From contig JBGANF010000007.1 of assembly GCA_044222475.1 (NCBI GenBank), forward strand, positions 1 to 64,000: a DNA stretch of 64,000 nucleotides, read 5' to 3'. This DNA is from Polyangiaceae bacterium (lineage in GTDB: Bacteria; Myxococcota_A; Polyangia; Polyangiales; Polyangiaceae). Made by a program: the position numbers and the translations under genes. Under the pieces are notes generated by a model. That model ran no database searches. It was not told the DNA's origin and saw only the letters and a list, made by a program, of their open reading frames with translations. Positions 49,601 through 58,539 of the stretch are shown here, piece by piece (the first letter of the stretch is position 1; each line of letters starts with the position of its first letter).

Positions 49601-52050
49601 CGGGGAAGTCGTCGTTGGCGTTCGACGTGATCTTCGCGGAGGGGCAGCGGAGGTTCCTCGAGACGCTCACTCCCTATGCTCGGCAGTTCCTCCCGACGCT
49701 TCCGCGGCCCGACGTCGACAAGGTGCTCGGCGTTCCGCCGAGCATCGCTCTCGAGCAGCGTCTCTCGCGCGGGGGCGCGAACTCCACCGTCGCGACGGTG
49801 ACGGAGGTGGCGCACTACCTCCGGCTGCTGTTCGCCAAGGTCGGCGAGGTCCATTGCCCGCGCTGTGACGCCGTCGTGTCGACCAGCAGCCCGGACGACT
49901 TGTTCGAGACGCTCCGCTCCAACGAGGGCAACGCGCGCCACACGGTGTACGCGCCGGCCGTCCGCGCGCGGAAGGGCACCTACCTCGATCTCTTCACGTC
50001 GGCGGGGCGCGCGGGCGTGCAGGCCGCTCGCGTCGACGGGGCGATCGTTCCGATCGATCCACCGCCGCGGCTCAAGAAGGCCGCCGAGCACGACGTCGAC
50101 CTCATCGTCCACTACGGCCCGCTCTCCAAGCTCGACCGCGACGTCTTCGATCGCGCGCTCTCGTGGGGCGGAGGCAGCCTCCGCGTCGCCCGCGGCGAGC
50201 CGACGCCGAAGCCCGTCGCGTCCGAGCGGCTCGTCTCCACGACGCGCGCGTGCTCGGCGTGCGGAACGGGCGTACCCGAGCTCGATCCCCGGTGGTTCTC
50301 CTTCAATACCAAACAGGGACAATGCGAGGTCTGCGAGGGCAGCGGTCTCCAGGGCGGAGCGGAGGCCGCCGACGCTCCAGCGAGCGAGCGAGTCCCCTGC
50401 CCCGCCTGCATGGGTGATCGGCTCGCGGTCGTTCCGCGGCGCGTCCGACTCGGCGGGATGCGCTACGCCGAGATCGCTGCGCTCGACGTCGAAGCGGCGC
50501 TGAAGCGACTCGCTGGTCTGCGCTTCACTGGGAAGAACAAGCTCATCGGTGACACGCCGCTCGCCGAGCTGCTCCGCCGACTTCGCTTCGTCGACACCGT
50601 CGGCCTCGGCTACCTCGCGCTCGGTCGCACCGCGAGCACCCTGTCCGGCGGCGAGATGCAGCGACTTCGCCTCGCCGCTCAGCTCGGCAGCGGGCTCACC
50701 GGCGCGCTCTACGTGCTCGACGAACCGACGATCGGGCTCCACCCGCGCGACACCGGGCGCCTGCTCGCGAACCTCCGCGCCCTCGTCGACACGGGGTCCA
50801 CGGTGCTCGTCGTCGAGCACGACGCGGAGACGATCGCGGCCGCCGATTGGGTGATCGATCTCGGACCGCACGGCGGACGCGGCGGCGGCCTCGTCGTCGC
50901 CGCCGGCCCCGCAAAGGCGGTCCTCGCCAGCGACTCGCCCACGGCCGTCGCGCTGCGCGAGCCCTCCACCCAGCCGCGCGTGCAGCGCCCCATGGCGGAC
51001 GCGTTCCTCTCCCTCGAAGGCGCGCGCGCGAACAACCTGCAGGGCGTCGACTTCCGCGTGCCCGCCGGCCGGCTGACCGTCGTCTGCGGCGTCAGCGGAT
51101 CGGGCAAGAGCACGCTCGTCCGGCACGTCTTCTACCCGGCGCTGCGGCGCGCCCTGGGTCTGGTCGCCGAGCGACCCGGCGAATTCGATCGCCTGAGTGG
51201 TACCAAATCGGTACGACGGGCCCTCGCCGTGGACCAGTCTCCCATCGGACGAACGCCCCGCAGCGTTCCGGCGACGTTTCTCGGGATCTGGGACCCGATC
51301 CGAGCGCTCTTCGCGAGCCTCCCCGAGTCGAAGACCCGCGGCTTCGGCAAGGCGCGCTACTCGTTCAACTCCGGCGTCGCGACCGGGAAGCGCGCCGCCA
51401 AGGGCGAAGGCAGCGGGCGCTGCGAGGCGTGCAAGGGCCAAGGGTACGTCGTCGCGGAGATGTCGTTCCTGCCCGACGTGGTGAGCCCGTGCGAGACGTG
51501 CTCCGGCATGCGCTTCGAGCCCGCCACGCTCGACGTGACGTACCAAGGCCGTTCAATCGGCGACGTGCTGAAGATGACCGCCGAAGAGGGCGCCGAGCTC
51601 TTCACCCACCACCGCAAGATCGCGCCGCCGCTGCGCACCTTGGTCGATCTCGGGGTGGGGTACGTGGCGCTCGGTCAGGGCTCGAACACGCTCTCCGGCG
51701 GCGAGGCACAGCGGCTCAAGCTCGCGGCGGAGCTCACCGCAGGTGCCGCGCACGAGCCGACGCTCTACGTGCTCGACGAGCCGACGACCGGGCTCCACCT
51801 CTCCGACGTGAAGAAGCTCGTCTCCGTGCTCCAGCGCCTCGTCGAGCGCGGCGACACGCTGGTCGTCGTCGAGCACCACCCCGACGTCATCGCTGCCGCG
51901 GACTGGGTCGTCGAGCTCGGTCCGGAGGGCGGCGCTGGTGGCGGGCGCATCGTCTACGAGGGCGACCCTCGGAAGCTCGTCCGCGGCCGCGCGAACACCG
52001 CGACGAGCCGCTTCTTCGCCGGAAGCCCACGCATTGCCGTGGCCGAGTGA
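46687..52050 (+). CDS. uvrA: Double-length UvrA (two fused UvrA modules, four ABC ATPase domains)
   Basis: Four GxSGSGKS Walker A, four LSGGE.QR signatures and DEP Walker B motifs; multiple CxxC zinc fingers. Confidence 0.95.
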   Translation: MHAIKLRGARTHNLKGVSLDLHAGELTCVTGPSGSGKSSLAQDTLYAEGQRRFVESFSPYARQFLERLERPPMDSLDPIAATIAVDRRAPIKSSRSTLATMTDLEVYLAALFAREAVPTCPDCGVAAVRRSAGDVAGSLTKQLDGRRVTVAYSERTASTEDFLDLRERLLRDGYRRVLVGAKARDLDEVAPSEAKTLDVVTDRVAVSPTEARRLQQAIEAAWDRGGGRARVHVEGSSTVDVARGLVCPSCARTFEPPRAALFSYESPLGACATCRGFGRVIDVDWGKVVPDGSKTLAKGAIKAWNGKSAAWERRSLVKFCARKGIPTDVPWDDLEEAQRSAVIEGEGSWTKGRFPGVRAWFKWLETRTYKMHVRVFLARYREYSPCGACGGSRLNETALSYHVGTRNLAQWHSETVSAALAGLTELEAHDGQGKVALSELRSRLAYLDAVGLGYLTLDRQARTLSGGEAQRASLTTALGVQMTGALFVLDEPTVGLHPTDVPRLGTAIRSLADAGNAVLVVEHDETIVRSADRVVELGPGAGSAGGRILFDGSPAELASRPDLPTGAAWTRTERGARTRRRPSGKLVLRGAEENNLRAVDVELGLGVLTAITGPSGSGKSTLVEDVLFRATARALGDTTVDRPGAHRALSGEGKLKRAVLVDQAPLGRTARGNAATYTKAWDRIRARFAAESAARNAGLLPQHFSFNVAGAGRCETCAGEGYETVEMQFLADVQLLCPVCRGQRFKPEVLAVRHRGKRVSDVLAMTIDEALVTLGGGDDDADWVLRRALEPVTAVGLGYLPLGQPLSTLSGGEAQRLKLARALAGDVEKTLFVVDEPSAGLHRSDVALVIAALHGLCDRGATVVVVEHDLEVIESADWVIDLGPGAGPEGGRVVAVGTPEEIARSGTRTGQALLGARTRTTTRTRAGAGAGAGAGAGADGIVVERAREHNLRGISCSIPHGTLAVVTGPSGSGKSSLAFDVIFAEGQRRFLETLTPYARQFLPTLPRPDVDKVLGVPPSIALEQRLSRGGANSTVATVTEVAHYLRLLFAKVGEVHCPRCDAVVSTSSPDDLFETLRSNEGNARHTVYAPAVRARKGTYLDLFTSAGRAGVQAARVDGAIVPIDPPPRLKKAAEHDVDLIVHYGPLSKLDRDVFDRALSWGGGSLRVARGEPTPKPVASERLVSTTRACSACGTGVPELDPRWFSFNTKQGQCEVCEGSGLQGGAEAADAPASERVPCPACMGDRLAVVPRRVRLGGMRYAEIAALDVEAALKRLAGLRFTGKNKLIGDTPLAELLRRLRFVDTVGLGYLALGRTASTLSGGEMQRLRLAAQLGSGLTGALYVLDEPTIGLHPRDTGRLLANLRALVDTGSTVLVVEHDAETIAAADWVIDLGPHGGRGGGLVVAAGPAKAVLASDSPTAVALREPSTQPRVQRPMADAFLSLEGARANNLQGVDFRVPAGRLTVVCGVSGSGKSTLVRHVFYPALRRALGLVAERPGEFDRLSGTKSVRRALAVDQSPIGRTPRSVPATFLGIWDPIRALFASLPESKTRGFGKARYSFNSGVATGKRAAKGEGSGRCEACKGQGYVVAEMSFLPDVVSPCETCSGMRFEPATLDVTYQGRSIGDVLKMTAEEGAELFTHHRKIAPPLRTLVDLGVGYVALGQGSNTLSGGEAQRLKLAAELTAGAAHEPTLYVLDEPTTGLHLSDVKKLVSVLQRLVERGDTLVVVEHHPDVIAAADWVVELGPEGGAGGGRIVYEGDPRKLVRGRANTATSRFFAGSPRIAVAE

Positions 52051-52075
52051 CCGGTCTCCATCTATGCTGCACCGC

Positions 52076-52693
52076 ATGCTTGGCAATGAACGCGTGGCGC
52101 TCGTCCTCGGCTCCGCTCTTCTCTTCGCCTGCGGCGGAGCGACGGTGACCGATCTTCAAGGCAATCCTCCCGCCGGCCAGGACGCCGGCGTCGACACCAG
52201 CGTCGTGAAGGACAGCAGCGTCGTCGACGAAGGCATCGGAGTCGACGTCACGCCGCCGCCGCCGCCGCCGATCGAGGCCGGTCCGCCCGACGTCGGTCCG
52301 CCGCCGCCGGATCCGGCGCCCATCGTCTGCGGGCAGAACCTCGCGACGGCGTCGTTGAAGTGCGACGCGAACAAAGAGGTCTGCTGTCGCACTGGCACGG
52401 GCGTCCAGATGACGGTCGCGTGCACCCCGGGTAACGGCTGCACCAACGCCAGCGTACCGCTCGCCTGCTCGACCACCGCCACTTGCACCGCGCTCGGCCT
52501 CGTCGGCAACGTCTGCTGCGGCAACGTGGCGAACAGCCTCGTGACCTCGGCCAAGTGCGTCCCGGCTGGAAACTGCCCGGGCACCGGGACCACGATCCGA
52601 CTGTGCGACAAGAACGGGCCGAACGTGTGCCCGGTCAACACGACCTGCAAGACGAGCTCGTACACCCTCGCCGGCTACGACATCTGCTTCTGA
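52076..52693 (+). CDS. Cys-rich lipoprotein
   Basis: Lipobox LFAC; DAG/Pro-rich linker; CC pairs. Confidence 0.85.
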   Translation: MLGNERVALVLGSALLFACGGATVTDLQGNPPAGQDAGVDTSVVKDSSVVDEGIGVDVTPPPPPPIEAGPPDVGPPPPDPAPIVCGQNLATASLKCDANKEVCCRTGTGVQMTVACTPGNGCTNASVPLACSTTATCTALGLVGNVCCGNVANSLVTSAKCVPAGNCPGTGTTIRLCDKNGPNVCPVNTTCKTSSYTLAGYDICF

Positions 52694-52699
52694 TCGGCG

Positions 52700-53236
52700 T
52701 CACGCGTCGCCGTTGATCGCCAAGTTGCGGAACGTCTCTCCGTCGGGCACGAAGTCGACGTTGAAGTAGCAGTCGCCGCCGTCTTTGACGACGAAGCCTT
52801 CCTTGCGCCATCCGTCGGCGTCCCCGTAGTAGCTGCAGAAGAAGTTGCCCCAAATCAAGCGCGTCCCGTCCGCCGCGAGGTGCCCGACGTACTGGCGCAT
52901 GTACTTCGGCATGCGGTCCGCGAGCGGCGTCGCGCCCCTTCGTGACGGGGGCACGCTCGCCCGGAGGAACGCCGGGAGCTTCGCTTCGAACGCGGCGATC
53001 TCGCGATCGGTCGGGGTGTAGAACGTCGGAGGCGGATCGCGGAAGTAGAAGTTCCGGCCCTCGGCGGCGGGCACGATGAAGCGCAGCTCGGGGTTCGCGA
53101 GCATGATCGGCGTCGCGCCGCCGCCCGCGTCCCTGGTGCTCGCGGGAGCCGGGGGTACGGTGACCTCGGTGGACTGCGGCTGCGCCTTCGTGCAGCCGAG
53201 GAGGAGCGTCGAGATCGCGACGAGACGGAGCCACAT
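52700..53236 (-). CDS. Hypothetical lipoprotein
   Basis: MWLRLVAISTLLLGC; YMRQYVG..NFFC..VKDGGDCYF. Confidence 0.8.
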   Translation of the reverse strand: MWLRLVAISTLLLGCTKAQPQSTEVTVPPAPASTRDAGGGATPIMLANPELRFIVPAAEGRNFYFRDPPPTFYTPTDREIAAFEAKLPAFLRASVPPSRRGATPLADRMPKYMRQYVGHLAADGTRLIWGNFFCSYYGDADGWRKEGFVVKDGGDCYFNVDFVPDGETFRNLAINGDA

Positions 53237-53326
53237 GGGCCGATTGTACGTGCGATTATCTGACGGTCGTCCAGCGCGACCGCAGTATTTCCCCACGAAC
53301 TCGCCCGGCACGGCGATTGCTTCGGG

Positions 53327-54154
53327 ATGCTGGCCATGAGTCAGCCATCGAGGGTGTCGCAGTACCTCCGCGAGCACCGCGTCATCGGCAAGGCGACGAT
53401 CCGCCAATGGGACTTCGCCGAGACGATCACCGGCCGGGTGTCGGCCCACCGCGGCGTCGAGGTCGCCTGGCTCCATCGCGGGTCCGGCGAGTACCACATT
53501 GGTACGAAGACCCACCACGTCGCCGCAAGCGAGCTCGTCATGCTCCCGGCGACCGTCGAGCACGGGTCCTACTTCGAGGCCAAGACGAAGTGCGGCGCGA
53601 TCGAGGTTTCGCCCGAGTTCGTCGCCCACGTCGCCGAGGTCGTCGCGGCGCGCGCAGCTCCTCGCGAGATCACGACCATGCCGCTCGCGTCGTGCGCGAG
53701 CCTGGTGCAGGCGCTGGAGGAAGAGCTGGCGCTCCCCGGGCCGGGCCAAGTCGCCGCCACCGAGGCGCTGGTCGAGGCGCTGCTGCTCCGCGTGCTCCGC
53801 CGAAGCGCCGCCCCGCTCGCCAAGGACGAGCGCGTGCGTCGCGCGATCGATCTCATCCACGCCGAGTTCGCGACCGAGCTGTGCATCGACGACCTCGCGA
53901 AGGCCGCGCACATGAGCCGCTTTCACTTCAGCCGCGCGTTTCGGGCCGAGACCGGGCTCGCACCGTACGCGTACCTCCAGCGCCATCGGGTGGAGCGAGC
54001 GGCGGAGCTCCTGAAGAAGAAGCGCAGCGTGACCGCCGCCGCGTTCGACAGCGGGTTCCGCGATCTCGGGCGGTTCGCCCGCGCGTTCCGGGCGCGGTTC
54101 GGCGTCGCTCCGAGCGCGTGGTCCGTCACTTCTTCTGCGGCGGCTCGTGGATGA
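53327..54154 (+). CDS. AraC-family transcriptional regulator
   Basis: Cupin-like N-terminus; LAKAAHMSRFHFSRAF..TG; SVT.AAFDSGF.DL.RF.RAF. Confidence 0.92.
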   Translation: MLAMSQPSRVSQYLREHRVIGKATIRQWDFAETITGRVSAHRGVEVAWLHRGSGEYHIGTKTHHVAASELVMLPATVEHGSYFEAKTKCGAIEVSPEFVAHVAEVVAARAAPREITTMPLASCASLVQALEEELALPGPGQVAATEALVEALLLRVLRRSAAPLAKDERVRRAIDLIHAEFATELCIDDLAKAAHMSRFHFSRAFRAETGLAPYAYLQRHRVERAAELLKKKRSVTAAAFDSGFRDLGRFARAFRARFGVAPSAWSVTSSAAARG

Positions 54155-55844
54155 CGACGCGCGTGCCCGGGCGCGATCCCGTCTGAAACACGCCGTGCCA
54201 GCCGAGCGGCAGCATCGGCTCGGTCCAGAAGAAGAGCGCGCGCGCGTCGGTCGGTGAGAGGTTCACGCAGCCGTGGCTGCGCGGCGTGCCGAACATCGAG
54301 TGCCAGAACGCGCCGTGGAGCGCGTAGCTACCCTGAAAGTACATGACCCACGGCACGTCCTCGATCGAGTACGGACCATCGGCGGCGACGTTGCCGTCCA
54401 TCGTGACGCTCACGTGCTTCTCGTAGATGCGGAACGTGCCGGTAGGCGTGGGGAAGTCGTGCTCCGGGTCGTACGGGTTGCGCCGCCCGGACGAGACCTT
54501 CGTCGCGTAGACAGGGTGCTTGCCCTCGAACGCGACGAGGAGCTGCTTCTGCAGGTCGACGTCGATCCACTTCTCGTTCGGGCCGAGGTCGGGCGGGGGC
54601 TCGACCGCCGGGACCATCCCGTCGGCGATGCGGACGAAGAACCCGGAGGTGGTGCGCGAGTAGACGACGCCGCTCTCGGTGCGCGGCTCGCCCGAGAGCT
54701 CGACTGGAGTGAGCTTCGGGATCGGCGTCGTGTACTTGAGCTTGCCCTTCTCGTCCTCGACGTAGCGGATGCCGTAGTCGGAGTTGATGATGAGCGTCGA
54801 GCCGTTGCCTTCGGGCGGCGCGCCGCCTTCGAGCGCGGCGGGATCGGGCTTGGGGATCCACGCGCCGTGGAACTCGGGGAACCACGTCTGGAGGGCGATG
54901 CGCTCGTACGGGATCGCGAAGCCCTCCGACGTGCGCCACCAGCGCGCCTTCGCGGCCATGAAATCGCGGTCGAGCGCGACGTAGAAGCCCTTGTTCATCT
55001 TTCGTGCGAGCACGCCCTTGCCACGGAGGTCCTCGAGGCGAGGCCCGGCCTCGCGCGCACCGGCGTCCTTGATCGGTTGTCCCTTCTTGGGACGATGGCT
55101 CGGCTCCGGCGGCGGCTCGTCGTACGGGTTGTCGTCCTCGGTGCCGGCGCTCGGGATGCCGGCGTCGAGCGAGAGCGGCGCGGGCACCGACGCATCGACC
55201 GTCGTTCGCGTGCCCGGAGGCGGACCGAGCCACGGCTCGAACTTTCGGCGGTCGGGAAGCGCGAGCACGCGCTTGTAGACCGGCGTGTCGTTCGCCATCG
55301 AGTAGCCGTAGCGATACGGCATGGGCTTGTCGATCTGAGGCGGGTTCGCCGCAAACTTCACCGCTGGGTTCTTCAGATCGGTCGACGCGTACTTGCCGCA
55401 GACGTAGCCGCCCTCGATCAGCTCGTACCAGCCGTCGGCGCAGTCCTCGTTGACGATCGGCTCGGGGAACGCGGGCGCGTGCGACCCGTGGCGCAGGTAG
55501 CCGAGCCGCTGCGCGCCGTCGGTCTGGGCGTCGGTCGGTGCGGCATCGGGCGCGTCGGACCACGCCGGAGCGCTCATCACCGAGGTGCGTCCGGCCGAGC
55601 TCCAGAGGTCGGGGCCGTCCCACGTCCCGGCGTCCCAGCTGGCGCGCGCGGCACCGATTCGCTTCTGGCGCTCGTCCCACGCGAGGCCCTCGGCGTCGAC
55701 GCCGACGTCTTCCGCGGCGTCGGCCTGGGCCACGAGCGCGGCTTCGCCGCCCGCGTCGGCCGACGCAGACTCGTCGTGATGGCAGGCAGCCACGACCGCG
55801 ACGACCGCGAGAGTGACGGCAGGTGCCAACGGCCAGAGACGCAC
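54126..55844 (-). CDS. L,D-transpeptidase (YkuD) lipoprotein
   Basis: WIDVDL..Q, TPTG.F, ALHGAFWH...G.PRSHGCVNL; alternative start 55865. Confidence 0.92.
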   Translation of the reverse strand: MRLWPLAPAVTLAVVAVVAACHHDESASADAGGEAALVAQADAAEDVGVDAEGLAWDERQKRIGAARASWDAGTWDGPDLWSSAGRTSVMSAPAWSDAPDAAPTDAQTDGAQRLGYLRHGSHAPAFPEPIVNEDCADGWYELIEGGYVCGKYASTDLKNPAVKFAANPPQIDKPMPYRYGYSMANDTPVYKRVLALPDRRKFEPWLGPPPGTRTTVDASVPAPLSLDAGIPSAGTEDDNPYDEPPPEPSHRPKKGQPIKDAGAREAGPRLEDLRGKGVLARKMNKGFYVALDRDFMAAKARWWRTSEGFAIPYERIALQTWFPEFHGAWIPKPDPAALEGGAPPEGNGSTLIINSDYGIRYVEDEKGKLKYTTPIPKLTPVELSGEPRTESGVVYSRTTSGFFVRIADGMVPAVEPPPDLGPNEKWIDVDLQKQLLVAFEGKHPVYATKVSSGRRNPYDPEHDFPTPTGTFRIYEKHVSVTMDGNVAADGPYSIEDVPWVMYFQGSYALHGAFWHSMFGTPRSHGCVNLSPTDARALFFWTEPMLPLGWHGVFQTGSRPGTRVVIHEPPQKK

Positions 55845-55885
55845 GGGAAACCGCTTTAGCACCACCGGCGGCGGTTGCGCTAAGG

Positions 55886-56956
55886 ATGGCTGCGATGACG
55901 CCGTCGATCGCGGAGAGGCGCCTGGGAAGCTCGGGGCTGGGGCGGGTGCGACGCCCTCGCGAGGTGGTCGCGGCCCTGGGTGCGGTGCAGGCGCAGGACT
56001 TCGCCGGGTCGTTGTGGGCGCTCGGGCTGCGCACCAGCAAGGACGAGGCGGCGCTCGGCCGCGCCTTCGACGCTGGCGAGATCGTGCGCACCCACGTGCT
56101 CCGCCCGACGTGGCACCTCGTCGCGCCCGAGGACCTGCGCGCGTTCCAAGCCCTCACCGCGCCACGCGTGCGCAGGCTGCTGCGCGCGACGGACGCGAAG
56201 CTCGGTTTCAGTGCTGCTGCGCTGCGGCGCGCGCACGCGATCATCGCGAAGGAGCTCGACGGAACGAGCCGGACGCGAGACGAGCTCGGCGCTGCGCTCG
56301 CGAAGGCGAAGCTCGGGAGCGACGGAACGCGACTCGCTCTCGTGATGATGCACGCCGAGCTCGACGCAATGGTGTGCAGCGGTCCTCGCCGCGGGAAGCA
56401 GCACACGTACACGCTGGTCGACGATCGCGTGCAGAGCACATCGATCCCTCCGCACGATCGGATCCTGGCCGACCTGACCGAGCGCTACTTCACGAGCCAC
56501 GGTCCGGCCCGCGCGAGCGATCTCGCGTGGTGGTCGGGGCTGACGCTCGCCGACGTGCGCCGCGGGATCGAGCTCGCGACCGGGATCGCCAGCGAAACCA
56601 TCGACGGCGTCGAGTACCTCCGCGCGCGCGGACGGGCCGCCCCGCTGAGGGCACCGTCGCTTCTCCTGTTTCCCTGCTTCGACGAGGTGCTGGTGGCCTA
56701 CCGCGATCGGAGCGCGAGCCTCGACCCGCGAACGGCGAAGCACGTCGGGGACGGCGAGCTGCTCCTCCGAAGGAACGTCGTCCTGCGCGACGGCGTCGTC
56801 GTGGGCTCGTGGACGCGAGCCCTCGGCCGACGCGACGTGAAGATCACCGTGTCGCTGATCGAGCCGCCGACGAAGGGCGACCGCGCGACGGTCGAGAAGG
56901 AAGCCGAGCGCTACGGCGAATTTCTGGGGCTCCGCGCGACGTGCACCTTCGCGTGA
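55886..56956 (+). CDS. AlkZ/YcaQ-family (HTH_42) DNA glycosylase
   Basis: GAVQAQD, RTHVLRPTWH, Y...HGPA...D..WWSGL, FDE.LVAY. Confidence 0.85.
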   Translation: MAAMTPSIAERRLGSSGLGRVRRPREVVAALGAVQAQDFAGSLWALGLRTSKDEAALGRAFDAGEIVRTHVLRPTWHLVAPEDLRAFQALTAPRVRRLLRATDAKLGFSAAALRRAHAIIAKELDGTSRTRDELGAALAKAKLGSDGTRLALVMMHAELDAMVCSGPRRGKQHTYTLVDDRVQSTSIPPHDRILADLTERYFTSHGPARASDLAWWSGLTLADVRRGIELATGIASETIDGVEYLRARGRAAPLRAPSLLLFPCFDEVLVAYRDRSASLDPRTAKHVGDGELLLRRNVVLRDGVVVGSWTRALGRRDVKITVSLIEPPTKGDRATVEKEAERYGEFLGLRATCTFA

Positions 56957-58489
56957 CTAGCCGAGCGCTCCGTCGCGCAGCCACTCGCCGAAGCGCTCTC
57001 CCAGCATGATCACGCTGAGGTGCGTGTTCGCGCTCGGCACCGTCGGGAACAAGCTCGCGTCGGCGACCCAGAGCCCCTCGACTCCCCGCACGCGACCGCG
57101 GGCGTCGCACGCAACGGACTCGATCGGCGCATCGTCGCGGCCCATCGGCACCGTCCCGCAGGGGTGGTACCCCGAATCGCACGCTCCGCGGATCCACTCG
57201 TGCGCTTTTGCGCCCATCAGCGTCTTGGGGCGCGGCCAGAGGAGGGTACCTAGATCGGCCATGGGCTTCTTCTGCGCAATCTCGTAGGCGCGCCGCAGCC
57301 CGTCGATCGCCCTCGTCCGATCGTCCTCGTTTTCGAGGACGTGCGACTCGATGATCGGCTTCGCGCGTGGGTCCGCGCTGACGATCTGAAGGCTCCCCCA
57401 GCCGCGCGGCTTGCCGACTTGGATCATCATCGTGACGATCGGCACGGTGACCCTCGGGAACGGCATCAGCGAGCCCGCTTGGATCTGCATGTCGTTCGGG
57501 TACGCACTCCCGTCGCTCGTGAAGCGGTACGCGGTCTGGATGAGCGGATCGTCGAAATCGACGACGCCAAGCCGCGGGAGGAAGAAGATCGCCGCTCCGG
57601 GGTGATCGAGGAGCCTCGCGCCGATCGCCGGCACGTCAGCGACGAGCTCGACCCCGAGCCGCTCGACGAGCTCGCGCGGGCCGACGCCCGAGCGAACGAG
57701 GATGCCCGGCGTGTTGATCGCACCGCCGGAGAGGATCACGCGCGACGTCGTGATCGTCTCGACCCTCCCCTCGCGCTCGATCTCGACGCCGCGGACCCGC
57801 CGTCCGCGGAAGAGCACCCGCCTCACGTGCGCGCCGGGCACGATGTTCAGGTTCTCGCGCGCTCGCACGCTCCGCGTCAGGTACCCGCGAGCCACGCTCC
57901 AGCGCTCGCCCTGGACCTTGTTCATCGCGTGGGCACCGGCGCCGCCCAACGTCGGGTGGTTGTGATCGGCGCAGTGCGGGATGTCGCTCTCGGCGCACGC
58001 GTCGAGGAACGCGGCCTGCCATTGTACCAATTCGGGACGACGATGGCGCCGCACCGGGATCGGCCCGGAGGTACCGTGCCACTCGGGGTCGACGCCCGGC
58101 TCGCCGACGTCCATGTCGGTCTCGAGCGCCCTGAACGCGGGCAGACACTTCTCCCACGTCCAGTCGGGCAGCTCCCACTCGTCGAAGTCGTAGGGTCTCC
58201 CGCGGATCGCGATGCAGGTGTTCACCGCCGACGATCCGCCGACGACGCGGCCGCGCGGGAAGACGAACGGGATCCGCTGACCCTTCGTGGGCACGTGGTG
58301 GTAGCCCCAGTCGTGGCGCTTCACCGAGTTGCGGCCCCCGTTGCGGAGGTCCTTGGGTAGGACGCGCGCGGGGTAGTCGGGCCCGGCTTCGAGCAAGGTC
58401 ACCGAGCGGGCGCCATTTTCAGTTCCACGCGTGGCGATCGGAACTCCGGCAGCCCCGGCGCCGACGATGACGAACCCTTCTTCGTGCAC
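56957..58489 (-). CDS. GMC family oxidoreductase (choline dehydrogenase-like)
   Basis: IVGAGAAG, LLEAG, PRGRVVGGSSAVN, L.RSGVG, YHPCGT, VADAS.FP..PSANT. Confidence 0.92.
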   Translation of the reverse strand: MHEEGFVIVGAGAAGVPIATRGTENGARSVTLLEAGPDYPARVLPKDLRNGGRNSVKRHDWGYHHVPTKGQRIPFVFPRGRVVGGSSAVNTCIAIRGRPYDFDEWELPDWTWEKCLPAFRALETDMDVGEPGVDPEWHGTSGPIPVRRHRRPELVQWQAAFLDACAESDIPHCADHNHPTLGGAGAHAMNKVQGERWSVARGYLTRSVRARENLNIVPGAHVRRVLFRGRRVRGVEIEREGRVETITTSRVILSGGAINTPGILVRSGVGPRELVERLGVELVADVPAIGARLLDHPGAAIFFLPRLGVVDFDDPLIQTAYRFTSDGSAYPNDMQIQAGSLMPFPRVTVPIVTMMIQVGKPRGWGSLQIVSADPRAKPIIESHVLENEDDRTRAIDGLRRAYEIAQKKPMADLGTLLWPRPKTLMGAKAHEWIRGACDSGYHPCGTVPMGRDDAPIESVACDARGRVRGVEGLWVADASLFPTVPSANTHLSVIMLGERFGEWLRDGALG

Positions 58490-58539
58490 GGCGGGGGTTC
58501 TACCACAGCGCCACTCCCATCGTGGACGTTGCCTACGCG

